A DNA stretch of 64,000 bases, from NCBI GenBank assembly GCA_951406725.2, contig OX597817.1, positions 22,382,001-22,446,000 on the forward strand. The letters are read 5' to 3'. Below, piece after piece: positions 14,628 to 27,144 of this stretch; the stretch's first letter is position 1; each line of letters begins with the position of its first letter. Under the pieces are notes generated by a model. It had not been told where the DNA came from, made no database searches, and saw nothing but the letters and a program-made list of their open reading frames with translations. The stretch comes from Octopus vulgaris. Taxonomy: Eukaryota. The position numbers and the translations under genes were made by a program.

Positions 14628-14781
14628 CATATATATATATACACACACAAAGAGATGCAGAAAAACTGATATATATGTATATACACACACACACATATAT
14701 ATATATTCATCTTTGCATGTATTTATGTGTAAGTATATATATGTGTTAATATGTATAAACATATTCATATATATTTATATA

Positions 14782-14810
14782 CTAGCTGACATACCCAGTA
14801 TTCCTGGGAA
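14782..14810 (-). mobile_element. Helitron-like 3' terminus
   Basis: Minus strand reads CCCAG-GAATA-CTGGG hairpin, short spacer, CTAG|T; 5' end not located. Confidence 0.55.
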
Positions 14811-15166
14811 AGCATATATATTCGTGAATAAGTGACTAACCAAAATAAGTCGATCTATTATTTAGGAAAATACTGTTTAGTCGTTTAAGGGTTGTACTGG
14901 ATAAATTGCGAAAATAACTCTAACAGTTCAAATACTAAGAAATAAGCATACTCAATTTGATTTATACCAAATGATTTAGGAAAATGAATGGAGCACTACA
15001 ATTCCAGTCTGTTATATATTTTGAGTATATAACTTTGTATTTTGTATTTTATATGTATATATATGCATGTATGTATATATGTATATATATATAACTATGA
15101 AAAAAATAAGGGTAGAAAATTTAAAGAAATATTGTACGGGTGGCCGGCATGCATAATAAAGTCAAT

Positions 15167-16397
15167 TGTTGGCATCCTTTTTGTCTCGGGAGACAATGGA
15201 GTTGCACATAAAATAGTCTAGTCCGGCTTTTACATTTCATGTCCTGATACATTTCCTGCTGTGGCTGTGTAGTCCTATCCTGGACAAACACTCCCTCTGG
15301 CAGGTACCGCAAATGTAGCGAAGACTGTTCCTGACTGGTTGTTATGCCATAGTTTGTTGTTGACGTCTTCTCTTGTCTTTCCATTTCTCCTCTCTCTCTC
15401 TGTCACTCCTTTGTATTCCCTCTCCTACGGTACATCGCCAATTTCCACGGTTGCCGGCAACTGCCTCCCAACTGCTAATATTGATGTTGCAGGCCTTCAT
15501 GTCCCTTTTGCAAACATCCTTGTAACGTAAGAATGGTCTACCTACAGACCTAGTACCCTTAGCAAGCTCTCTGTAGAGTATGTCCTTGGGGATTCTGCCA
15601 TCTTTCATACGGCTAACATGCCCAAGCCATCTCATACGTCTTTGTGTGAGGAGTGCAAACATGCTTGGTATTCCTGCTTGCTTGAGGACATCTTTGTTGG
15701 GGATATGATTCTGCCATTGGATGCGGAGGATTTTCCGGAGGCAGCGCAGGGGAAAGATGTTTAGGTGACGCTCTTGGCGTGTGTATAGCATCCAAGTCTC
15801 ACTTCCATACAGTAGAGTGCTAAGTACACATGCCTGGTAGATCTTCATTTTCGTGGTCTTGGTCAGCTTATTGTTGTCCCATGCCCATTTGGAGAGTTGG
15901 GCCATCGCAGCAGCTGCCTTGCCAATGCGTATATTGAGCTCAGCATCAAGGGATAGGTTGTAGGTGACGGTAGAGCCAAGATAGGTAAACTTCTCCACCT
16001 CTTGTAATCTGTGGTCTCCAATATGTATGTTTGGGATGTCCGATATAGCCTGACCCATGATGCTGGTCTTCTTAAGGCTGATAGCTAAACCAAAGTCGTT
16101 ACATGCTTGCTCAAAACAGTTAATGAGCCTTTGGAGGGATTCTTCTGTGTATGATACCAGAGTGGCATCATCAGCAAATAGCATCTCCTTGATCAGGACG
16201 TTTCTGATTTTGGTCTTGGCACGCAGGCGCGAGAGATTGAACAGTTTCCCGTCACTTCAACTGTGCAGAAACACTCCATCATCTGATGTCTGAAAGGCAT
16301 GTGAGAGTAAGTGTGAGAAGGAGATGCCAAATAATGTAGGAGCGAGGACACAACCTTGCTTTACCCCGTTTTTTATTTGGAAGGCGGCTGATGTTGA
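15167..16397 (-). mobile_element. 5'-truncated RTE (BovB-like) LINE: RT C-terminal half, zinc knuckle, 3'UTR
   Basis: GVKQGCVLAPTLF, MLFADD, FTYLGS, LLYGSETW, RWLGHVSRM, CGTCQRECLSRIGLHSHSRKC; 12-bp TSD AATAAAGTCAAT at 15155-15166 and 16398-16409; two in-frame stops. Confidence 0.96.
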
Positions 16398-16487
16398 AAT
16401 AAAGTCAATAGATAACACATTTTTCCTATAAATTAGTATATATTTTTATACACAAAAGAAGTGACCTTAACAGGACACCTTGCATGT

Positions 16488-16635
16488 TGGAAAGGGCAGT
16501 TAAAGACCAAACCATGAATAAGAGTAATTTCAAAGGGAATGAAAAATAAAAATATTTCAATAGTTGAAATGTTTTTATTTTTGATCCCTTTGAACTTACT
16601 CATATTTGTAATTTGGGCTTTAACTGCCCTTTCCA
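16488..16635. repeat. 148-bp imperfect palindrome
   Basis: 16488-16560 pairs with 16564-16635 around a TAG loop; outer 24 bp match 23/24. Confidence 0.9.
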
Positions 16636-17086
16636 GATGAAACAGGGTATAAAACTTATAATTAATGTACTATACCCATTTTTTACTGTCTTCATGTATG
16701 CATAGGGGTGTGTGTATTTATGATGGAGCGTTCAACCATATAACTATGTACATGAGAATGAGTAGATAAATGTTTACGCATCTATTATTTATGGGTGTGA
16801 ATGTGTTTATTGGCCTGCAGGTGGATGTATGTATATATATATATATATATATATATTTAAAATTCAGGGTGAATACTTGATAATTGTAAGCACCTGTATA
16901 TGCCATATAGTGGTGTAGGTGATAGAGAAACTTATAATGTAATACATGTCCTTGGAGTAGTAATTGTACACAGCTGAAGAAGGCTATTGACATACAAATT
17001 ACATCAATTATGCATTGATTTAAACCATCTAATAAAAACCAGAAACATATGTACCGCTAAATCCTTTGCATCATGTTTTTATTTTG

Positions 17087-17124
<38 letters not shown>

Positions 17125-17689
17125 ATATATATGTGCATGTGCATCTGAATATATATATATATATATATTTTATATATATGCATGTATGTGTGTATGTGTC
17201 TCTGTGTGTGAGTGTATGTGTGTGTGTATGTGTGTATCTATGGAAACATTCAGAGAGTATGGTATATCAGTGTGTAAGTGATTGTATACGTATGAGCTAA
17301 TGGATGAGTGTTTTTTGCATAATAATACAATTTGGCATGTGCAGAATAACATGTGAAACAAAGTAAATAAACAGACAACATGCACATTGCTACTCATGTT
17401 GAACATTTTAACACACACATAGTGAGCAGATTGAAACCGTCAGTTGTTGTTAGTTTCAAAGGAGCCTTAGATGTCAAAGTATTAAAATCAAGATTTCCTT
17501 ATGGAGTCAGCGATTGAATATCGCTGTAGGAGATACATATGTGTCATATTATACAGGTAAATCGTTTCCTAATTTTAATTTAATTTAAATTTAAATCCTG
17601 TATATATACACAGATCTAAATGTATCGAAACATTTGTAGTGATCATTAAAAATCTGCCTAAATATACTTACTCTTCCTTTTGACTCTTT

Positions 17690-17908
17690 TACTCTTTACT
17701 TTATATATCCCTCTCTCTCTTTCGGAGAGGCACTGAGCAGCTATACGCACACATACACACACGGCAGTAACTTCCACCTACCGAATTCAATCACAAAGCT
17801 CCGGTCGGCTCGGGGCTATAGTGGAAGACACCTACCCAAAGTGCCACACAGTGGGACTGAACCCGAAACCATATAACTAGGAAGCAAGCTCCCTAACCAC
17901 ACAGCCAT
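17690..17908 (-). mobile_element. SINE family B-related copy
   Basis: Reverse complement of the family B head (GTGGGACTGAACCC...ACCACACAGCCA). Confidence 0.75.
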
Positions 17909-17930
17909 ATATATATATATATATATATAT

Positions 17931-18143
17931 CGCCTGGCTGGCCCTTGTGCTGGTGGCACATAAAAGCACCCACTACACTCTCGGAGTGGTTGGTGTTAGG
18001 AAGGTTATCCAGCAGTAGAAACTCTGCTAGACCAGACTGAAGGCTTGTGCAGCCATCTGGTTTGTCACACCTCAGTCAAATCGTCCAACCCATGCTAGCA
18101 TGGAAAGCGGACAATAAACGATGGTGATGATGATGATAATGAT
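17931..18143 (+). mobile_element. RTE LINE 3' end fragment
   Basis: One repeat unit, conserved 3' segment and (GAT)n tail. Confidence 0.85.
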
Positions 18144-18145
18144 AT

Positions 18146-19292
18146 ATAGGAAGATAGCTTTTGTGTGTGGCAGATGCACAGGGGAAATAAACACTGAAGA
18201 TGTACAGGAAACAGATTCCATCACATGCCAGGGGATAAAAGCTAGATGTAGTTGATAGCTTTCGTTACCTAGGTGACCAAGTCTGTAGCAGGAGTGGGTG
18301 GATGCTTTGAGAGCATAGCTGCTAGAATAAGAATAGCTTGGGCAAAGTTCAGAAATCTCTTCCCTCTTCTGAAAACAAAGGGCCTCTTGCTCAGAGTGAA
18401 AGGTAGCCTGTATGATAGATATGTATAAACAGACATGCTACACGGCAGTGAAACTTGGGCTGTGACTGCTGAAGATATGCGTAGACTTGTAAGAAATGAA
18501 GCTGGTGTGTCCGCTGGATGTGTAATATCAGTGTGCAAGCACAGCAGAGTGTAAACACCCTGAGAGAAAAGTTGGCCATAAGAAGTATCAGTTGGGATGT
18601 GCAAGAAAGATGACTGCTGGTATGGTCATGTGTTGCATAAGGATGAGGACAGCTGTGTAACGAACTGTCACACCCTAATAGTGGTAGGGACATGTGGAAG
18701 AGGTAGACCCAGGTAGACATATCATGAGGTAGTGAAGCACAACCTTCGAACTTTGGGCCTCACAAAGGCAATAAAATGCAAATGAGAGCTTTGGAGATAT
18801 GCTGTGCTTGAGAAGATCTATCAAGCCAAGTGAGATTGTGGCTGATGTTAGTGTTGCATAACCGACCTGTTTAAAAGTACCCTTCAATCATTGGGCAATA
18901 TGCTGTGCTTGAAAAGACCTGTTGAGTCAAGTGAAATTATGGATGTGACTCATGCCAGTGCCGCCTGACTGGCACTCATGCTGGTGGCACGTAAAAAGCA
19001 CCATTCGAGCATTGTTGATACTAGTGTCGGTGCCATGTAAAAAACACCATTTGAGCGTGGCCCATGCTGCCGGTGCCACCTGACTGGCTCCTGTGCCTGT
19101 GACAAGTAAAAAGCACTGGCTACACTCTCGGAGTTGTTGGCATTAGGAAGGTCATCCAGTTGTAGAAACTTGCGAGATCTGATTGGTGCCCGTTGCAGCT
19201 TCCTGGCTTGCCAGTCCTCAGTTAAACAGTCAAACCGCTGCCAGCATGCAAAGCAGATGCCAAACAATGATGGTAATGATGATGATGATGAT
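18146..19292 (+). mobile_element. degenerate RTE LINE: RT C-terminus continuous with repeat-containing 3'UTR and (GAT)n tail
   Basis: VVDSFRYLGD, RIRIAWAKFR, MLHGSETW, YGHVLH, GTCGRGRPR, then ~60-bp units and tail. Confidence 0.9.
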
Positions 19293-19337
19293 ATAATACA
19301 TATCATCATCATCATCATCATCCTCATCATCATAACC

Positions 19338-19369
<32 letters not shown>

Positions 19370-19480
19370 TTAGAGGCTGCTTTCCATGCTGGCATAGGTT
19401 AGGCAGCTTGACTGAAACTGGCAAGCCGAAGAGTTGCACCAAGTTCCAGTATGATATATATATCAACATCATCCTTGTTC

Positions 19481-19542
<62 letters not shown>

Positions 19543-19565
19543 TTTGTATACATATGTATCATTTG

Positions 19566-19596
<31 letters not shown>

Positions 19597-20165
19597 ATGT
19601 ATGTATACATATATGTTTATTTACATATACATAGATATGTGTGTGTGAGTGTGTGTGCATGCATGTGTCTTTATATATAATTATACACTCATGTATATAG
19701 CATCATCATCATAATCACTTCATAACCACTTTCCTTCTTGGCATGATTTGTATAGATCATCATGGTCTGATTCAGTTCCTGTTCTGTGCTACTGCTCCTC
19801 TTGATAGTTTGGAGAACCATGTCGAGTTTGAAAATGCCAATTTTTGTATGTGTCATATGAATGAATTCTCTGCCAAACGCCAATCAGTTTATAGAATGTA
19901 GATTTTATTGTCTTCAACATTAAGGAGGTTTCCAAGCCCTTGTATCAGAAATAGGATGTAGTCTACATGCTAAAGAGATGTATGTGGTATACGGTTTAAC
20001 ACTTTAGTATTTAATCTGACTATATCCAACCTAAATATTTTATTTGTTTTATGCTGAAATTTACCAGATCACACCTACCCCTACAATGTCATTCTAAGAA
20101 TGTACAAACACACCATTGAAATCTTGAAGCTACAAGATAATGCATGATTAGGCATTGCTGTGTGG

Positions 20166-20329
20166 AGGTGCAGGCATGGCTGTGTGGTAGGAAGCTTGCT
20201 TCGAATCCACATGGTTCCGGGTTCAGTCCCAATTGCCTGGCACCTTGGTTAAGGGATTTCTACAATAGCGTCGGACCAACCAAAGACTTGTGAGTTGATT
20301 TGGGAGATAGAAATTGAAAGAAGCCCATC

Positions 20330-20380
<51 letters not shown>

Positions 20381-21180
20381 TGTGTAAATAACAAATGAAT
20401 GACAGAAGATGGAATATATGAGAATATATTATTAATCACAACAATTGTTTCAATATATCTAGCAATGACACCTCTTGTGGGACACACTAAAACTGGTTCA
20501 AGAATATCTGGTGGTGCTGACATATCTTGTCAGGTGATAAATAAATAAAAAATCTCGTGAAAATGATTGTTCCATAATGCAACTTTCTGTTTGTAGAGAG
20601 AAATCAGCCAGACGGAGGAAAATTTTTCATATATATAGATGATCCAAAAATAAAATTGCAGAAGACAAAAAGAGAAACGAACACTTAATCCAGTGAGAAA
20701 AATATTCAAAAAAATATATATGTATGTATATATTTGTGTGTCTGTGTTTGTCTCCCCGCTGTTGCTTGACAACCAATTTTGGTGTGTTTACATGCCTGTA
20801 ACTTAGCAGTTTAGCAAAAGAGACCAATAGAATAAGGTGGCGAGCTTTCAGAAACATTAGCGTGCTGGGCGAAATGCTTAGCGATATTTCGTCTGCCATT
20901 ACGTTCTGAGTTCAAATGCTGCCGAGGTCAACTTTGCCTTTCATCCTTTCAGGGTTGATAAATTAAGTACCAGTTACGCACTGGGGTCGAGGTAATCGAC
21001 TCAATCCGTTTGTCTGTCCTCGTGTGTCCCCTCTGTGGGTAGCCCCTTGTGGGCAGTAAAGAAATAAGAATAAGTACTAGGCTTACAAAGAATAAGTCCT
21101 GGGGTCCATTTGTTTGAATAAAGGTTGTGCTCCAGCATGGCCACTGCCAAATGACTAAAACTAGTAAAAGAATAAAAAGA
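20166..21180 (+). mobile_element. interrupted SINE family B with nested family A copy (20836-21068)
   Basis: B head 20166-20330; B tail 20715-21180 split by a full family A copy. Confidence 0.8.
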
Positions 21181-21321
21181 TACATTTAACGAAAAATCTG
21201 AATGTTAAAAAGTGAAGTTGGATCAGAGTACACTCATGTGTTAAAGAAGAGAGAGAGTTATCCAACAGTTTTATTGAGTTTTGTCACTTTACTCCTCACA
21301 ACCTACCATTTCTGTAAACAG

Positions 21322-21407
21322 AATCCACAAAGATAACTTTCAGAAGGGTACATGCCAAGCAAATGATTTGGTCTGAGACTAAATCGTTTGCAGATTGTGA
21401 GACACAG
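21322..21407 (+). CDS. candidate internal coding exon of an unidentified host gene (xSTKITFRRVHAKQMIWSETKSFADCETQ)
   Basis: Pyrimidine-rich acceptor ending AAACAG, donor CAG|GTTAGC, one open frame (phase 1 to phase 0), in a ~1-kb TE-free stretch; peptide not recognised. Confidence 0.4.
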
Positions 21408-21935
21408 GTTAGCCACTTTATAAACACACAAAGACTGTTACCCACCCCAGTGTCCAGGTCGCAGTTTGTATGACGAAAATTTTGACACCAGATAACAAAT
21501 GATCAATGTTTAAATGAAGTTAACAGTCTTTCTGTGACTTACTTGTGCCTCTCACGCTGCAATCAATTAAAATAGATGCCAAACTGAAATAAGCAGATTC
21601 TGCTATAATCTACTTGAAAAATAGTTTTCCAGCATTGCCACTCTCTAGTAACTGGAAGCAATAATGAATATATAATGTTATTTTTTTTGTAGATGTTCTT
21701 ACCTTCTTATGAATCCTTCATAATTGTGAATATTATCTCAATGAAGGGAATCTTATGCATGATATAGTTATAATAATATGATTATTTGCATTATTTTTTT
21801 TAAAATATACTATGGCAAAAAAGAAAAATGTTTCACCACTGGCAAACAAAAGTAATACTGTTGCTTTCACCTACTATTGTATTCATATAAAGTAGGGCTT
21901 CCTCAATTTTCCATTGTATTTTTCTTTCTATTCAG

Positions 21936-21947
21936 TTCTTAAGCCAC
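21936..21947 (+). CDS. candidate 12-nt microexon (FLSH in phase 0)
   Basis: Strong polypyrimidine tract TTTTTCTTTCTATTCAG, donor CAC|GTAAGA, length a multiple of 3. Confidence 0.35.
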
Positions 21948-22460
21948 GTAAGAAAGGACTGTATTTGTTGCGCTTTGCCTAGCCATAATTTTATCAAAAG
22001 ATAATTCCATTTGTACATGTCAAAATTTCATGACTAGATGGAATTTATAGTAATTTCCAGGACTAAGTACTGTAATAGAAAAATGTCAATATGCTTTTCA
22101 TATATTTATTGAAATGAAATTCAAAAGGAAAGAGTTACTTCTACAGTAAAGATTTGCATAATGGGATTTACTGTAATGCAGTCGCATGATGTTTGTATTA
22201 TTACATATCTACCTTGTTGTACCCACATATATTCACTCATTAATGCACATATGCATCAACAGATGAACATTCATGCACGCATACATGTGTAAACTTAAAT
22301 ATATTGTAATATCTACATGTATGATTTTGAATGTGTCCATGTGCGTGTAAGTATGTATGCATATATGTATGGATTGATGTTTAAATGTGCCTATGGGCAT
22401 ATGCCTATTTATAAATGAGCATGTATGTATATATATATATATGAATATATATATACATAC

Positions 22461-22608
22461 AAAAACTGTCCGATGAACGGCAACGGGAAACTCAGAATAA
22501 CAGGTTTTGTTGAATTTTCTGCTGCTTTAAATAAAGCATATTACTCTACCACTGGTATTTGAGAACTCTTTTTTCCACCTTGTTTCACATTTATGTGTTT
22601 ACTCCGGT
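22461..22608 (+). mobile_element. PLE-like fragment with variant hammerhead (CCGATGA core, 22466-22503)
   Basis: CTGT-CCGATGA-aCG gcaa CGg-GAAA-CTCAGAA-TA-ACAG, flanked by TA repeats. Confidence 0.6.
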
Positions 22609-22683
22609 ATATATATATATATATATATATGGAAAACGGACGCTAAACGATGATGATGATGATGATGATGATATATATATATT

Positions 22684-23365
22684 CAGGGTGTGTCAGTTTT
22701 TGAGGTCATTCGTATGAATTTAGCAAAAGATGCACAGCTCATCAAAGACAAGCTGTATTTGAAAACAAATTGGTACAAATGATCTTGAGAATTCTTTTAT
22801 CACTCTTATTCAAGGAAACACTGTTAGCACCAATGGCTGCATCAATATGTTGTCAGAAGTGCCGACATGCCCAAATCAGATGATCTTTAGCAATTTTGGA
22901 CTTAGTGCTGGTTATGGCAGACTTGAGAGATAGTATGGTGTTATGAGGTTGTTGGTTGACCGTTCACTTAACTATGCCCCATACATAATAGTCCAATGTA
23001 TTGAGGTCTGGTGAGCTAGAAGACCACATGTCTGGGAAATTATTATAATGAATATTGGCATACATTCATGCTTGTGTTATTTGAGCCGTTTGAGATGGCA
23101 CGGAATCTTGTTGAAAGATCTACAGTCTTCCATTGCATGCTTTGTTTATTCAGGGCCTCACAACTTTCTCCAACACCTGTAGAGACAGTAGCATTGACTC
23201 TCATGCCTTGTGAAAAAAGTGAGAAAGTGTGACACCTTCCTTGTTGCTGACGACTCCCTGAACCTTTTCATTGCTGCAAACTTAGTATACATAACCACTG
23301 GAACTTCATTGGGTTTCTGCATAACCATCTGTTATTCCTTCAGTTTACCTTTTGGTTCTTATCAA
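22684..23365 (-). mobile_element. degenerate maT/DD37D-like Tc1/mariner transposase
   Basis: IFQQDSVPSQTAQITQ, DMWSSSSPDLNTLDYYVWG; CAGGGTG terminus at 22684. Confidence 0.85.
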
Positions 23366-23409
23366 TGTAGCCTTCATACCCCTCGGATCCTGTCAAATTG
23401 TCCAATCTG

Positions 23410-23733
23410 ATGGATGGAAGCACTCTGTCGGTTATGACGATGAGGGTTCCGGTTGATCCGACCAACGGAACAGCCTGCTCGTGAAATTAACGTGTAAGTG
23501 GCTGAGCACTCCACAGACATGTGTACCCTTAACGTAGTTCTCGGGGATGTTCAGCATGACACAGAGAGTGACAAGGCCGGCCCTTTGAAATACAGGTACA
23601 ACAGAAACAGGAAGAAAGAGTGAGAGAAAGTTGTGGTGAAAGAGTACAGCAGGGATCACCACCATCCCCTGCCGGAGCCTCGTGGAGCTTTAGGTGTTTT
23701 CACTCAATAAACACTCACAACACCCGGTCTGGG
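23410..23733 (-). mobile_element. SINE family C, 5'-truncated
   Basis: Reverse complement of the 29251-29638 body. Confidence 0.9.
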
Positions 23734-26217
23734 ATGTCTAATCTATACTAGCATGGACCATGGTTGTTAGATGATGATGATGATAATAATGATAATGATG
23801 TTTGTGTTTGTGTGTGTATATATATGTGTGTGTGTATACGAATATTAATAGCTACAGCTGAAATGTATTTACTACTTTTTGGTTCCTCCGACAGAATAAT
23901 GATGCAGTTAAGCATTATGAGATGTTTGGTTGCAATTCATGAAAGCCATCTAAGATATTGCCGGTCATTTATAGATTAACTGAAGCTGCTTCACATTCTA
24001 GGAAATAAGCTCTGATGGCTATTTTTCTTGTTTGTATAACATAACCTGAAGAATACATAATAATTTTGAGGCATTGAAATTATTCATATTCCAGTATTCT
24101 ATTCCGGTCAGAATCAGTTTCCTTTGGTTGACCCAGGCTTTTTATCAATCTCTCCAAATATTTCTTGTACATTTTTGTTTGTTTTCATAATCAGGAAATC
24201 AGATTGGTTGTTGTTCCATCTCTTTTTGTTACTGATAGTGTAGCTTTACAACTACTAAAATTTTCCCTTTGACATTTTCTAAAGAGTGTAGTAGGTTCTC
24301 CAGTAAATGCTTTTATTTTATTAATACATTTATTAAGAATATCCTTATTGAACATTTGAGTTTAAGCCAATGGTTCAGTGTACAACATATTCACCTCCAT
24401 TCCTTGAAAGTCATTCCTACTCTTGACACTGAAACTATATTTTATTCACATTCTCATCATATGGCCAAACATTCTGTTTGACCATCTTGCTTGGTTTTCT
24501 AAGTTAGAACCTGTTTATCATGTTCTCTTCACTGATGATCTGGCTGGGTTGATGGCTCATGTTGGTTGACCATATACCATGTTGTCATGGCAGATGAGGA
24601 AGTATCTCATGGAAATAGGGACTAACTGGGACTCTGCTTGACTTGGGAGGGCCCAGGAATACACTGGCAAATGGTGAATGCAGCAATGCCCCTGCCCCAC
24701 TTGGCCTGACCTTATAGCATGCTATTGATTGATGCCTTATAATGTAAATTGAAATTGATCAATAACATTTAGTTTATGTCCCTCAATACTCTCTTAGATT
24801 CCTATTAGGAGTTTCTACTTTGTTTTTAATATAGTCTTTCAAAGTGCAATGAAATTAGAAGGATTGAAAATTTGCAGTTAGCCCCTACTTTGTGTGTTAG
24901 TAAAAAGCATGGAATTTGTGGGTAATATTTAAATTGCAATTTCTTTTTTCTTTATGGCTTAATCTATGAAGAAATCCTAGTGTTCATGATCTTTGTTGGG
25001 TATCCAATATTAGTGGGAAAGGAAGTGCAGTGGTCAAAGAATGAAGTGGCGTAACTTAGTACTCAGTTATTCTAAGATTAGTAATAAGGTTTGAATACTT
25101 TCACAAAATTGAATTCTGCTAAAAGCACCCAAGCACCAGGTGATAGTGTTAAAGTAAGCAATGAATCGAATATCTCACCCAAGAATTAAATGCAGTTCAA
25201 TAGGCTTCTTCAGGTTGGCTGTCCATCTGATTTCATTGAAAAGGCTTGAATCAACCAAATGTTACATAAGCAGACACTTTTCCAAGATACTGTACAGTGG
25301 ATTTCAGCCCAGATTCTTGTTATTGCAAAGCAAACTTCATAATTACATAACCATGCCTGTGGTTATGTGGAATATCTTTGTCTTAACTGTTTGATTAATG
25401 TTGGAGAACATTTATCCAATTAGAACAATAATTTCCTTTAATATTAGTCTTTGATTCTTTCAGCACTGCAGTTCTAGCTATAATACATTGTTATATTATT
25501 GCCAGAAGAAATCTTATTAGGACACTTTTCGTTATCAAATACTTTGATAAAGTTACAAAAGACCGGCTTCAGTTCTAATTTCCTAGATATATGTATGAGT
25601 CGAAGAAAAGAGTTAAAGACTATTTAACTGAATTAATTATAAAGAAAAGTTTCCTTCCTTTGGAATCACAATTAAGTATATCATTTGGCTCTTAATTGGA
25701 TGATTAAATACATAAGCCAAAAGGTAAAAAATGTAGACATGATGTCTAACATCAATAATTTAAGTCAGTGAACAAACTGCATGTTCCTAAGAGAACACTT
25801 AAGTCTAGAAAAATAATTAAATTTCAGAAATATACCACATTTGAAATACTGTTTAAATACTTTTACTCATCCTTCATTAACACTGGTAACATTTAAAATT
25901 GCTTTTTCAAATTAACTTGTTTGTTAAATCTTTATTTTGCCAATGCAAAGCCCATCTTGATTTTATTTTTTACTTTCCTTTATTTATATTTTGTTATAAA
26001 ATAGTTATTTTCTATATAAATTCAATTTCAGTTGTTTTTTTTTCTTTTCCTCTTTTAGCAATATTAAATTCATACTTAACAATTGTGACTGGTTGGCTGT
26101 TAAAACTTAAACTTATGAATATAAATCAACATAAATTCAAATATAGGTCCCACTGAACAAGGATTTCAGTCGCCAAATGTAATTCTAATGATTTTATTTC
26201 CTTTTCTTCTGTTACAT

Positions 26218-26219
<2 letters not shown>

Positions 26220-26314
<95 letters not shown>

Positions 26315-26396
26315 AATCTATCTCTCCTATTTATCTATCTCTCCTATCTATCTATTTATCTATCTATCTACCTATCTATCTATCTATCTATCTCTC

Positions 26397-26428
<32 letters not shown>

Positions 26429-26447
26429 TTATTTATCTATCTATCTA
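26220..26447. repeat. (TCTA)n microsatellite
   Basis: Direct reading. Confidence 0.97.
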
Positions 26448-27144
26448 TTTATTCATCCTTCCTTCCTTGTATGACCCATGTGAGCTTGGAAAAGTGGACA
26501 TTAAAACGATGATGGTGATATCTACACACACATTCACACACTCATGCACACACACACACACACACACACACACAATATATATATATATATATATAAGATA
26601 CTGTATAATACATTTACTTATGTGTCCTTTGTACAAGTAAGATGCTTGTTCTCATGATTTATGCTCCTGTATTTATTTAGACAATGTGTCTACATTTTTA
26701 AAACTTATCGGCTAAGCTGTTAAAACTTGAAAATTAATAACAGAATTTCTCTATCACCTAATGAATCACTGGATAGTAATTTATGCACTTGATAATGTTG
26801 GAGAAGAAATAAAGAAACAATATTTTAACTGTTATGTAAAGAAACACGGTTTTAGCTTGTAGCTGAAGTGAACTGAACTCTGATTTAGTGTATATTTCAT
26901 TTACAATGATGCATTTCATTGGGTTTTTAAAAGTTTTTCTGTAATTTATTTCTGGAAATACTCTAGGTGAATACAATCAATGTTCCAGTGTGTTTAACAT
27001 TATTGCAGAAAGATTAGAGACTTATGTAACATGTCTTGCATTCATTAATTATGGACCTTTATAATCTGAGTTTGAATTTCACCAAAAACAACTTTACATT
27101 CCTGCTTTCCAAGGCTGGGAAAAGAATTTGTTAAAAAATGTTTC

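Noticed and set aside
17454-17556. Possible exon (FQRSLRCQ...SYYT) phase-compatible with 21322
   Set aside because: Weak acceptor and unrecognised peptide; could be chance, so not promoted without RNA data
21543-21583. Minus-strand mini-exon with GTAAGT donor
   Set aside because: The donor-like word is explained by complementarity to the plus-strand donor in the hairpin; cannot be excluded without RNA-seq
24050-24480. Possible ancient LINE endonuclease relic on the minus strand
   Set aside because: Motifs too degraded to support a call
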